Below are positions 1-51,289 of a stretch of 64,000 nucleotides of DNA, in pieces. Location of the stretch: positions 1 to 64,000 of the forward strand of contig NIVC01000681.1 of assembly GCA_002269645.1 (NCBI GenBank). Reading direction: 5' to 3'. The notes beneath the pieces were generated by a model. It was given only the letters and a program-made list of their open reading frames with translations, was not told the origin of the DNA and did no database searches. The position numbers and the translations under genes were made by a program. Each line of letters starts with the position of its first letter. Positions within the stretch are counted from its first letter, which is position 1. This DNA is from Macrostomum lignano (Eukaryota).

Positions 1-580
1 CATTAAATGGCCAGAGGAGCTAATCACAACCAAGCATCATAGCCCAATGCTGGGGTGCTTTGTTGTTGATATCACACAGCCCACCTTGTCTGCACTTTCA
101 AAGCTTACAAAACCTGTCATTTTGCTTGTTGAATGCAAGATCCACTGAAAATGTCTTTTTATCAAAGAGATGATTGTCCTGCAGCTGGTCAGGATTTCAG
201 GAAGTTGAGCAGCTTCTTAGAAGCACTCTAACCAGACATCCTATTGACGTTGTGTTAACAAGGGCCACTCTGCCAGACATATTGCAGACTCCGCCTGCCT
301 TCTTAACAGCCCTGGACATGGTAGAGCAGCTCACATTTGCATCGGCAGCAGCTGAAATGATAGAGCAATTCGGGTTGCCATGAAAGTCTTCTTAACTACT
401 TGGGCCAGATGGAGTTTGGCTGATGCCAGAGCCAGGACATCTCTCCAAAGTCTCTTCAGCCTCTAGAAGCTGCTTGGCATTGTAAACAGTCTTTGGTCAC
501 AACAGACTATCAAGTGGCAATAAACACATTGATGTGGCCCACGCAAAGCAAAGCAGTGATTCGTGTCTTTTAGTCAACAT
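1..580 (-). pseudogene. Decayed Tc1/mariner-superfamily transposase, 5' part (runs off the window start)
   Basis: Minus-strand translation from ATG at 580, with stops and frameshifts, gives ITALLCVGH...TVYNAKQLLEAEETLERCPGSG...NPNCS...VSCSTMSRAVKKAG...FDKKTFSVDLAFNKQNDR. This matches the HTH region and the FSDEKxFxV...NxQNDR block of Tc1/mariner enzymes. A possible element end lies at about 740, next to TA. Confidence 0.75.
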
Positions 581-1818
581 GGCTGGAACATTTGAGTGGG
601 TTAGTTTTGGTTTCTATTTTATCTGAAGCAGCTCATTGAGCTCATAAAGCAATACAAAATTTGATTTAATACTCCTAAAACTTTTACATATAAACAACAA
701 AAATTGAGAATTTTTTTTCACAACTTGGTAGCTACGGGGGTAATAAGGTAATAAGCTTTAATTATGAAAGACTAGAATAGACCTACTAATTAGTAAACAT
801 AAATCATATTATAAAAAGAAAATATATAGAATATATAGACTTCATTCTATGACTTGCTATAAGACTATTCTTTAATATATCTTCTAACTTTAATTATCAT
901 TGGGCCTTTAGTTATTGCTTTTACCATTTTACTTAATCTTATTCTTAATAAAACTATCTAGTTAGAGGCTAGGGACTTAAGTATTAAAGATAAAGAGATT
1001 ATCTACAAAATTATTTCAAGACAATAAAGTCAATTTTAAAGATGGCTTTGCAAGTTCAAAAAATGAAATCAAAGTATTAAGATAAGCCCAAGAACAAAGG
1101 TTTAAAATAAAAAAATAATGATAAGATTTAGATAATAAGTAATAAGCATAGCCTATTTTTGAATTTAAGCTTTATTCAATAGTGTTATTCAATAGTGTTA
1201 TGTTCAATAGTGTTAGTTGTCCATGATGCTTGGCACTAGACCACTAAAGTAGATAAACTCTGCTGTCAGGCAGCAATGCCCACTTGCCCATCTATGCAGT
1301 AGCAGTAGACCTCTAATATGTTAAATGCTATAAGCAAATATAACTTTCCCTTACTTTACAAATCCCATTAGACTACATGTATAGGACTAAAGAAATATGA
1401 TTGCTAGGCCTTACAACAAGGAATCTTAGCTTGCATCTACTCTGCTATGCCATTTTGTCTCAACTGGGATACTTTACTACTATGTATTTTTCATTGGCTA
1501 AGTACTTTTTAACTTCAAAATTCAATTATTAATAAATCAAAGTTGAACTTATTTTAGTAGTTTGAACCAATAATCAAGCATGAAATTAAATGGCAATACT
1601 TTGACTCATTAAAGATATTATATAACAGATGTGTACAAATTTTGAATGAGTTTTGAAAATTATTTTATTTACTTGGAATTCAGTGAAATTCGCTATGTAT
1701 GCTCATAAAAAACTAGTAATATGTTTTGCTTCTTAAACATCTATTAGATAAGTAATAAAACTTACTTCCCTTCCTCTGAGACTTATATGCAATTATCATA
1801 ATTAATGCATGCAGAGGA

Positions 1819-4817
1819 ATGGGTGACAGAGGCATATGCGGCTTAAAAGTTGGCAAACTGAAACAGGTTCAAAATCGACTCAAGTGTCCGAAATGCAAGC
1901 ATTTGATGAGGTCACCTGTTCAAGCTGTGTGCGGTCACAGATACTGTGCAGACGCAATAACTGATGAAGGCATGGACTGCATTGCCTGTAAAGAAGAAGA
2001 CGAAGATGACGTGCCTCATTTGACCAGAAGCAGTGTCAATCCAGATCCAGCAATGAGTCGGGAACTCAACAAAACAAAATTTAACTGCCGCTGGCAGCCT
2101 TGCCCAGAGAAGATGCTGCTGCCTGATCTAATAAAGCATATGGAATCAGATTGCCAGCACAGAGAAATTCATTGTGACCAATGCAACACTCAATTGCCAG
2201 CCAGTGCAATGGACAAGCATCTGAAAAGCCAGTGCCCAAAACGAAGAGTGATGTGCGAGTCTTGCAAAGAATCTGTGCCCAATGACCAGATAGAGGAGCA
2301 CAAAAATCGAGAGTGCGTTGGCAGTACGCAGCTTTGCATCTCCTGCTTGGCTAGGATAAGAGACACTGATGAAGCCAGGCGGAAGCACGCACTGACTGAC
2401 TGTCCGGTTGGTTGGTCTGATGGTCAACCATGTCCATTTGGCTGCGGGCCAGTGTCCAATGCTGAAGAGCATCGCCAGGAATATGTAGCCTTGCACACTG
2501 ACAGGCTCCTGGCTAAAGCTAAATCGCGCGCTGTACAGTGCTCAGAAGGTCAAGAAGTTGGCGATTCTGTGGCTGTTGGTTTGGAGGTGAGCATCGTTGG
2601 TAAACCAATTTTATTTATAATTGATTATTTGCGCTTGGCAGTGTAACCCAGCAAAAAGTTTAAAGTTGTTTCAAGTCGAGTCAAATGTCAATTGAATTTA
2701 CTTGTACCCTCAGCCTTCAGCTTCGAACGTTTCAACCTCACAAATCGAAATGAAAATAGTTGAAGATGTATTTGACAAAGCCGAGTTGGTGTACAATCTG
2801 GAAAAGTTTGGCTATCCGGAGCACCCCAAGCAGACCAGCGATCCGCGTGGTCAGGCAGAGTTTTTCGAGAGAATGAGATTCTCGCGCATTGCTTCAGATG
2901 AGTTGGACAAGCAGCGCGACGTGATGAGTAAAAAGCTGGTTGTGACCTATCGAGCTATGGAGCCGCTTATGGCCCAGATGCAGCGCCAGTACGAAGAGCT
3001 TAGCGCTGGAGATGCCGTTTACAAAGAACTTCTGTGCGCCATGTCGCTTAAGGTTCGTTAGTTTCGTTGTAACCCAAGTATTTTATTATTTTTTGCCATC
3101 TGTTAATCTGTTTGTTTATACTTAGTCGGTTAGTCAGTCTGTTAGTTGGTTATGCAGTGCAAGGCTTGCACGCCTTTGTCTGGTTTGCAGGCACTTTACC
3201 GTACCGGGGTAGGTCTGGCTGGGTGGTTGGCGAGCTTGGCAGGGTCTGGCTGGCGGCCGGGCTTTGTGCGTGCCCCTCCCCAGCCGTGTGCCCTGCCCCG
3301 TGCTCAGGGTTGGTTGGCTGCGGCTGAACCGTGTTTAGCCAGTCTATCTTCTCTATTTCGCTCTATTTTTATTGGCTTAGCTGGAAGGGCCGTTTGCTCC
3401 CCCACCCCAAGCCTATTTTGGTATTTATTATTTTGCGCACTGGTTTTCCTAGCTCGCGTGACTCTGAGTTTGTCAGCGATTGTCAACGACTTCAGCGATT
3501 GTCAGCGATTGTCAACGACTGTCAGCGATTGTCAACGACTTCAGCGATTGTCAACGACTGTCAGCGATTGTCAACGACTGTCAGCGATTGTCAACGACTT
3601 CAGCGATTGTCAACGACTGTCAGCGATTGACAGCGATTGTCAGCAACTTCAGCGATTACAAGTGCAGCCGACTAGTTTTCGGTATTAAGACCGCCCCGAG
3701 TATCTTCCAAAGATACATGATCGCAAGTCATCCAAGATGTACAAGGCTCATTAGCATATGTTGATCTCTATCCTCATCGGTTGGTAGGAATAATGGGGAG
3801 CTCCTGGATCGCAAGAGAGATGATGTTCTTCAGAGGTTGGAAATGGTTGGAAGGTTGGAAAGAGGTTGGAAATCCAGTCCAGCTCCGTCCACCATCCAGC
3901 AGCGACTCCTACTGGCGCAGGCCACGTGATCCAGGCTGAGAGTTGCTGCCCCAGCCTGTCCAGTACGCCCCGCTGCTCACTTTGCCGGGATCGTTCTGGC
4001 GGGGTCAAGCCTGAAGTATCAAGTCGCAAATACTTCAACTGCATGTTGAGCGACGCTGGGGTTTACTGGGGGACTGCGTACTGTCTTGCTGGTTTAATTA
4101 GTTTAGTTCTCATAATTTTCTGTTTCTTCTTTATTACAGGAAGTTCGAATATGCGACCTGGATCGCAGCATCAGTCTGCATGAGGTTGGCAGCAGTGACG
4201 GCACTCTTATATGGAAAATTCCTTTTTTTAAAGAGAGAACAACCAGCACTGATTATGAGCCAGTGCTTTATTCGCCTCTGCTGTTCACTGACAAATTCGG
4301 GTGAGTTGGCTGACATTTTTTTCTTTGTTAGAGACAGCTGTCTGTGGGTTGGTCGTCAAAGCCGTTAATTTCACTAGCAGACCCAAGCTGGGCTACGGCC
4401 CCACCTTCCTTCAGTGGCTTCTGTATGACAGCTTACTCTGACATCAGCTATTTAACATCCCCCTCCCCCAGCTACAAGCTGTCAGCGGTAGTTTATCTCA
4501 ACGGGCAGGGCCGCGGCCGCGGCAGCCACATCAGCCTGTTCGCCCGAATCAACAAGGGCCCCTACGATGCCGCCCTGACTTGGCCGTTCAAGAATAAGGT
4601 GAGCTTCACTCTGATGAACCAGAGCTCACCGTCTGACCACCTGACGCGGCACTATGTGCCAGACGGGTCGTCTCAGTTCCAGCGGCCGACGCAGCCAACG
4701 GGCCAGCTGTTCGGCTTTGAGCAGTTCTGCCCGAAGGACGACCTGGAGCCCAAGGGCTTCCTGAAGGATGATACGCTGTTTGTTAAAGTACAAGTGGCCA
4801 AGTCGCCGCTTTTTTGA
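1819..4817 (+). CDS. TRAF: TNF receptor-associated factor (RING, TRAF zinc fingers, coiled coil, MATH), about 537 aa, 4 exons
   Basis: Exons 1819-2586, 2714-3052, 4140-4300 and 4472-4817 have GT-AG ends and matching phases (0,0,2). The RING is CPKC...CGHRYC...CIAC, followed by CxxC/HxxxxC TRAF fingers. The MATH domain reads SSDGTLIWKI...FTDKFG|YKLSAVVYLNGQGRGRGSHISLF...WPF...FGFEQF...GFLKDDTLFVKV. The subfamily member cannot be assigned. Confidence 0.92.
3472..3655. repeat. 18-21 bp tandem repeat (gtcagcgattgtcaacgact) in TRAF intron 2
   Basis: Visible direct repeats. Confidence 0.9.
3655..3775 (+). mobile_element. Degenerate Ty3/gypsy reverse transcriptase fragment in TRAF intron 2
   Basis: RLVFGIKTAPSIFQRYM, then after a frameshift QVIQDVQGSLAYVD. 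This matches the RLPFG.ssAP.iFQR.M...AYxDD motifs of gypsy RT. Confidence 0.7.
4344..4392 (-). mobile_element. Short fragment of the local tRNA-SINE family in TRAF intron 3
   Basis: gtgggttggtcgtcaaagccgttaatttcactagcagacccaagc resembles ggggttggctctcaaggccgttaattgcacgagcagagccaagc at 16206-16258. Confidence 0.55.
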
Positions 4818-4941
4818 GTTGGCACCTAGCAATTTTTATAAGCATAGTAAAGCAAATGCATTTATTTTTAATCAATATATTTTGTTTATTTTTTCTACTT
4901 ATTTATATATTTTTGCATTTAATTTATATTTCAATTTTTTA

Positions 4942-5121
4942 TACGACAGACATTCAAAAAGTTCGGCAACACTCAGATTTGGAAATTTTTCTTTACATCA
5001 CTGCAGATTCTCTAGCATACCAGCGTGTTCTCACCTGTACTGCTATGTCTAGAGAATCTGCGTGGCGCAGCTCGAGCAGTGCGTCTACGAGCTGCCCTGA
5101 CTTTTTGAATGCCGCGTCGTA
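4942..5121. mobile_element. Palindromic MITE-like foldback downstream of TRAF
   Basis: Outer arms are tacgac..cattcaaaaagt and actttttgaatg..gtcgta. A perfect 13-bp inner stem pairs gcagattctctag (5003-5015) with ctagagaatctgc (5049-5061). Confidence 0.55.
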
Positions 5122-7072
5122 TTTATTTATTTTGAATTTATGATTATGCATTCATATAATTATATTAGCACTTTCAAAGGGTAAATTTTGTGCTTTCTGG
5201 TCAGTCTTTCAATGTTTTTAAATTGAACTTTACCGAACTTCTACGAGTCGAGTCGATTTATGATGCCTAGAATTTGCTTAGCATGTCTTTTTACATGCTT
5301 ATTTTGTGTAGACCAGAAAGTGCATTTTATATCCTTTTTGCAAGCTTGGGATTCTTTCGCTGGCGCCTGTATGCGATACAGATATAACGATATGGCATCC
5401 AGCGTGCACTTTTGTGATTGAAAGCCCATGTTTGCAAGCCGTGTGCATTTGGATTTTATTATGCTTTACAAAAATTGTGAAAACCAGAGTTGCATTTACC
5501 AGTATTGGAATATTTCTAGCCGTTCAGTGTCTGGAGTTCTCTAATATTGATAAATACAGTCTGGCTGGTGCCGAAAGTTTAGATAAATGTTCTTTTATCA
5601 TCATTTTTGCATATTTCCCGTTATTCAGAAAATGGAAAATTCCTCAAAAATCAGCAAACATACTGAATTACATTGCGTGCTGTCATTAGCTCTTTGTTAA
5701 ATATACTCAAAAAAATTTGCCTTGTTCATTTTGAAACTTTGTCATCCAATTTTAAACGTTTTTATTTGTCTAATTTAAGTTTTTTGAGAAACTGTAGCCT
5801 AAATATACTAAATCTATATAGTACACCTTTGCAAGCACAATACACATTTTTTGGAACTAGGACCTTATTACTTTAGATTTAAAGTGGAATGTCACCTGCA
5901 ATTTAAATTAAAAGTCCAACAGTCAAAGTTTAGAAAGCGAAGTCTATCTTTAAACAATTTTGAATTTGAATTTGAACACAAGTTTTGAACGCACAAGTAC
6001 ATGAAAGGTGCGTTTTACAAGGTACCATACCATGTTCTTTATTTTTGGAATGTGGGCGTTTAATATGGCTATATGGTGTGTATGTATGGTCGTGACTCAT
6101 TTAGTACCTTTCTTCTGCTCCTAAAGTTCTCAAATAAAATAATTCTGACCATGGGGTGTATATTTCTAGTTCAGTTCAACAAGGCTTAGCAGAGATTGTG
6201 TACGAGTGTGCGACTCTTGAAGTGTATTCATGTCCATTAGATTGGATATAGGATAAGATAGACAGGTACATGTACATTTTATTGCCAGAATTGTGTATGT
6301 GTGTGGATGCCAATACATTTACCTTTTTTAGTAAATGAACTTAGGATATTATATTGCGTAAAATATACTACGCAGTTAAATTATTGACTGTATGCATTAC
6401 ATGTAAGTGTGGTGCCAGAGTACACTACCGGTATATGCTAATCTATATAACTAAACTCACATAGAACAGGGCAAAGCTCGGTTTGTGCATGCAGTGCACT
6501 CTTCAGGGGCGGCCGTAGCCTGGTGATCTAGCGCGCGGTTCCCCCTTCCCTGAAAATGTTTTTGCTGCTCAAATTCTAGGAGCAACGCAGGCACACGAGC
6601 CAAATTTTGTCGCGCACCTTCTCAAACAAGAAGCATTTGGTCGCCAGCTCTCCGGACCGTCGAGATACATCTTTTCAGCGATTCTTCAGAGAGGTCGGAT
6701 AAGCGCTAGTATTCAAATACTGCACCCCTGTGCGCCAATCAGCACTGCGGCTCAGTGCAGCGTTGCCAAGCATCAGTATCAGCTCTGACTTCTTTGATCA
6801 TTAACTTTCACGTGCAGGCGGAGCTTCCGGACCTTCAACAGGTGACTATGGACACCCTGTTGCGAATTTCTCTATAGTTTCATTAATCAAGCCTCTACTG
6901 TGCATGGCCGAACTTGAACTGCTGGACATCCTCAGCAAGTCTCTAAAGCATTCCGTCATCACGATGTGATGAGTTATTAATATGTATAATTAACCGGTAG
7001 AACAGAATTTCTACACAGAAAAAAGTAAATAATTACTGAATTCACTGTCACACAAATAAAACCGATCGAAAT

Positions 7073-7297
7073 GCTAGTGCAATTAACGGCTTCTGAATGC
7101 CAAACTTAATTGGCACAGTGAAGTGTACATGCCTATCGATAAAGTTAAGGCCGCTGTACACTCCTAGCTGTGAGTTGTTTGCCTGTGCGTATGATTGCGT
7201 ACGTATCGCCGGGCTTGTGTGCCTGCTCAGAGGAAATGGCGGAATGGGCAGTAATTGCCTTGTGTGACAATGTCGCTTAATCTGCACCCAGGGGTAC
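7073..7297 (+). mobile_element. Diverged, 5'-truncated copy of the tRNA-SINE family
   Basis: Shares gtgcaattaacggc, gtgaagtgtacatgcct..aaagtt..ggccgctgtacac and gcctgctcag..ggcggaatgggcagtaat with the full copy at 19475-19833. Confidence 0.75.
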
Positions 7298-7745
7298 ATG
7301 TACATCATCACAACCCAATGTAAATGCCAGCTGCGTTGGATAGGGTGGCCCGCACGTAACTCGCCTGCATGATTTAAAGCGTAATTAATAACTTTTGTCA
7401 TTCGCAACCAGCTGTCAGCATCCTGCACACTGCATGCCAGTGGTCAGAAGTCTATCGTGCCACCGCCGGATTCTGTGACTGCATGTCACTGTTGCCATAC
7501 TCGGTATGGAACTTTTGGTATGGTACCTCCACTGCACTCTTTGTCCACGCGGCGCACCGCACCCTTTCAGTGACTGAATATGCCATCTCTCTGCTAGCTG
7601 AAGAAAAATGAAATTGAGATTATAGAAAATGCAGGATTAAAGTTTCGTGCGTTTGTGTGTGCGTACGTCACAGAAAGCAAAGTGAATGCGGCAATTACGG
7701 CATGCCTGCAGCTTGCTTTCTTAACATTCGACTTTGGAGCTCCGC

Positions 7746-7783
<38 letters not shown>
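7746..7783. repeat. (GT)n microsatellite
   Basis: Directly visible. Confidence 0.95.
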
Positions 7784-7787
<4 letters not shown>

Positions 7788-8522
7788 AGTGCTTGCATAA
7801 CTTTTGCAAATCTAGTATATACTAAAATATAATGCTATACTTGTGACAATGTTAAGTGTTAAAATTTGTCATCATTGGTTGCGAATGAAAAAAAGTTATT
7901 AACGTTTTAAATCGGGCGCGCGTTTACGTGGCACCCTGTGTATGTACATCAAACGACTCATGGGAATTACACTATAGAAGCATTATGTAAACCAAAATAT
8001 GCATGTTAAACTCGCGTGACTAGCTATTACATGTAAGTGTTTGCTAATATCTACATGAACATGCATGTGCTGTATGTCCTTGATCTGCCTGCGGTCAGGT
8101 GGTGTCAGGTCATGAATTTCGTTAAGGTGGGTGAGAAACAGTAAAATATGTTATGCAAATGTTTGCATATGTGCAGTATCTATAGAGCAGTTTGTATATA
8201 GCACTTAGCTAATAGCTATAAGAATTGATACAGTGGTATCTTTATCTGTGCGAATTAGGATTAGTCCGAAAATGTAGTTTCAGAAGATTTTATATAAACA
8301 GAATAGAGTTTTATCTACATGTACACTGTATGACTGTACATGTTTGCTAAACTATAGCTGCAGACACATGCGAATAGTTATAGACTCTATAGGTTGCACA
8401 TGCCCCGGGAAAAAAAACTGGGTTAATTTGGAACAGAACGTACTTTGACAAAATCTCGAAAATTGGCATTTTCTTAATCTCTGATATAAAAAGTGTTCAC
8501 TTGGGATCTTGATTGGTTGATG

Positions 8523-9462
8523 CGGGAGTACGACGTTTGCTTGCGGGAAGTTTGCTTGCCGAGCTTTGCTTGCGGGAAGTTTGCTTGCCGAGCTTTGCTT
8601 GCGGGAAGTTTGCTTGCCGAGCTTTGCTTGCGGGAAGTTTGCTTGCCGAACTTTGCTTGCGGGAAGTTTGCTTGCCGAGCTTTGCTTGCGGGAAGTTTGC
8701 TTGCCGAGCTTTGCTTGCGGGAAGTTTGCTTGCCGAGCTTTGCTTCCGGAATTTTGCTTGCCGAACTTTGCTTGCAGGAACTTTGCTTGTCGAATTTTGC
8801 TTGCAGGAATTTTGCTTGCCAAACTTTGCTTGCAGGAACTTTGCTTGCGGACTTTTGATGTCTGCTTCCTAGAAATTCGCAATCACAATTGCAAGGTTTT
8901 AACTTGCCGAATTATTTTCTTGTCTGCTTGCTTGTTTTGATTGCATGTGAAGTCGGTCAGTCAATTATTACATACTACAGATGCTTTGCAAGTGGATTCT
9001 TATCAGCGTCGACGTAAACTGACTTGACACTGAGCTTTCAAACTAGGCTTATAGAGTTTCATTCTAAGAATTTAGTATATAGAAATGATGTACATTGAGG
9101 TAGAATGTACGTTCATTTCCAAAAAAATCTATTCTGTACACTTCGGTGCCTTAATCATTCGATATGTGCATTGTTCGAAATTGTGTCAAATTTTTGTTGA
9201 AAATATATTCCAAGTAAAAAACTAAATTATTCTATTTCTGCATTAAGGCTTTTCAAATCCGCCATATTCCTCATACAAAATCATAACACTATAGGCGACT
9301 TCCACGAATCTTAGAAAATAAAAATTAGAAATACAAGAGCTCAATAATAGGTTCTTTAAGAAAACTGTGGCTGGCAAACCTCGGCAAGCAAAATTTCTGC
9401 AAGCAAAGTTCGGCAAGCAAAGTTCGGCAAGCAAAATTCCGCAAGCAAATTTCATAGACCCG
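8523..9462. mobile_element. Non-autonomous DNA transposon or foldback element with TIRs and sub-terminal ttgcttgc repeats
   Basis: The left end CGGGAGTACGACGTTTGCTTGCGG matches the reverse complement of the right end, CGGGTCTATGAAATTTGCTTGCGG. The left arm has an array of about 30-bp units (8535-8850) and the right arm has the same motif inverted (9380-9450). No TSD was seen. Confidence 0.6.
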
Positions 9463-9882
9463 AAAAAGGGTAAAACCCGGAAAACCTGAAAAAACCCGGA
9501 AAAAACCCGGAAAAAACCCGGAAGAATTTGGAAATTGAAAATCGCGCACGGACACCTCGCATACTGCAATTTCAAGAGACGAATTAATTAAGTAGAATTG
9601 GATACATTAGTTTTTTAGACAGGTTTCTAGGGAGCTGACCATATAGCTATTCGCAAATGTTAAATTTGCATTAATCTGGAAAAATAGAATGGACGCGCAA
9701 TATAATACTCTCAAGTATTGGAGAGTTTCAAATGTTGCGAGACATTAAAATGGAAGCTATTTGTTATTTTAAATAGACTGTCACTGATGATATATTATTT
9801 TTTTTTCAAATTCCATCACCACTGTAATATGTCATTTATTCTTCAATAATTCTTTCAGACCATCTATTTCAAATGTGACTCA

Positions 9883-49350
<39,468 letters not shown>

Positions 49351-51289
49351 TTAACACAGGTCCTGTCGCTAACTACAGCTGAATCAGACTATTAATAAAC
49401 TTCTAAAGCATACAATGCAACTGAAGAAAGCTAACAATTTATCTAGAACCTAAAGAGCTAATTGCAGAGCTACTCTCGGCTAGCGAGAAAATTCCTCTAA
49501 CAGCTGTTCAACAGAAGAAGTCGACACTTGAGCTGGACTATCTGAAGATCTGGAGCTAAAATATGCATACTCGAGAGGATGAGGAGTTTTAGATCCCAGA
49601 AAGGAAGGTCGAAAGAAAAACTAAAGAATTTTTTTCGTTAATAAAGAGTGGCTATACTTTTAGCACCACAGCAGGAGTTATTGCTAAATGCCAATTTTAT
49701 CATTTTTTGAGATCCAATGAGTAAGACAAGTGGAAAGAGTCGAGCTGTCACTCAGACTATTCAGGTGCCTTCAGAATAGCAAATTCCAAAACTGTGCATT
49801 AATACTACGGAAATTTTGTTGGCCATTTTTATCGATTGAAAGCAACTTGCAATTTTTTTAGTCCTGGCCAAAAATTCAGGGGAGGGGGCAGATTAAACCA
49901 TAAATTACAATACGCTCGATAGTATTGACTATAGCATTTTCCAATCCAGAGCAAGCAATTTAATCCTTATTGGGAGAATCAAGCTATTGAAGACTTGTTT
50001 CTCATTGTCAATGGCCAAAAGGGGGTCTATGGAGCAACCAATCTGGGCGCGCAATTAAGCCTTTTCACAGTGCTCGTGTATCCTTTATGAATAACTTCAC
50101 TGAAATAACGTCTGCAAATAGATGGCATATCAAAAAACGATTGACATCAACACTTTGATTTCAGAGAAACCAATCAAAACAGGCAAAGGCAAAACCATGG
50201 CATACAGTATAAGCCGACAACAATCGTGTCTCTCAAAACAGTGTTGAACAGATTGAAATCAAACCCGATCAATGTTCAGAGATTTTCTTCCTCATTTAAG
50301 CAGCGCGGGATAATGCGAAGCATCTGCCGAAACCAGCCGCCGCATTTGGCTACTGTGATCTCAGCCGTTGCCTCCTCCGCAATCCGATGAAGAACGATCG
50401 TACGCGCCACTCGAGCAGTGTTGTCTCTGGCGGTGGATTGTCCAATTCGATTTGCACCTGTGGCTGCGCAAGTTGCCGCTTGATGGCCGCCTTCAAACAG
50501 GAATGCGGCCATACTACAACCTGCCAGTTCAGCTCAAACTGCTGGGGGATCCTCAGCCCGTCATGATGACTAAGAAGTTGTCGGCATTGTCTACATCATC
50601 TCGATTGTTGACAGCATGGAGCAGCTCCTCGACAAATGTGTGACCGACAATCTTGTGGTGTACCAAGCCGAGATTTGGTGCCACTGTCTGCAGGACATTG
50701 ACCTGAACCCCTCGCTGCATGTCCAAAACACGTCGGACTCGCTGGCCACGTCTGCTGCGTCCTTGGGACCGGCGAGTCCAAATGTTGAAACCGGTCTCAT
50801 CAACATAGATGAGGCGACGTTCAGGTGGACATTAGACTGACCCACTGATTGTTTAGACTGATAAATTAGTTATACCTGTTTGACAAATTGATCTATATAT
50901 TTGTCTAGGCTACAAAATCTAATGTTTATTAACTACTTACAAGCGTATTGTTTCTTGTGTCTGTCTGACTCTAGGTTGTTATATATATTGGTGGTGTTCC
51001 TTAGTGAAGTTAGTCTGTTCATCAAATTGCTACTATGCTTCGTGTTTGCATATTATCGCCGCTAAAGTTCTATGTTGTTAATGTACGCTGTTGTCTATGG
51101 TACTAAGCTTTACTTTCGAAATATACTCGCACAAGTTATAAAAACATTCACAAAATACAAATATGCATACGAGTTTTTTATTTATTGGTCAGCCATAGAC
51201 AATTGCAGCGGGCGGGCAGCCGTGCATTTCACCCCGTTTCAACATGCTTAGGCTAACTATAATAAAGCTAATCAAAGCCACTGCCAAAA

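Noticed and set aside
174-383. 69-aa plus-strand ORF
   Set aside because: It is the antisense shadow of the decayed Tc1/mariner transposase on the minus strand.
4344-4471. N-terminal part of the 157-aa MATH ORF (MGWSSKPL...)
   Set aside because: Intronic and includes a SINE fragment. The real MATH start is in exon 4140-4300, spliced to 4472.
6504-6900. caggggcggccgtag end and GC-rich segment as a hAT element or an extra exon
   Set aside because: No partner TIR, TSD or transposase motif was found, and all frames are interrupted.
8352-8940. ORFs with ASKLP/LAELCL repeats
   Set aside because: Translations of the sub-terminal tandem repeat of a non-autonomous element.
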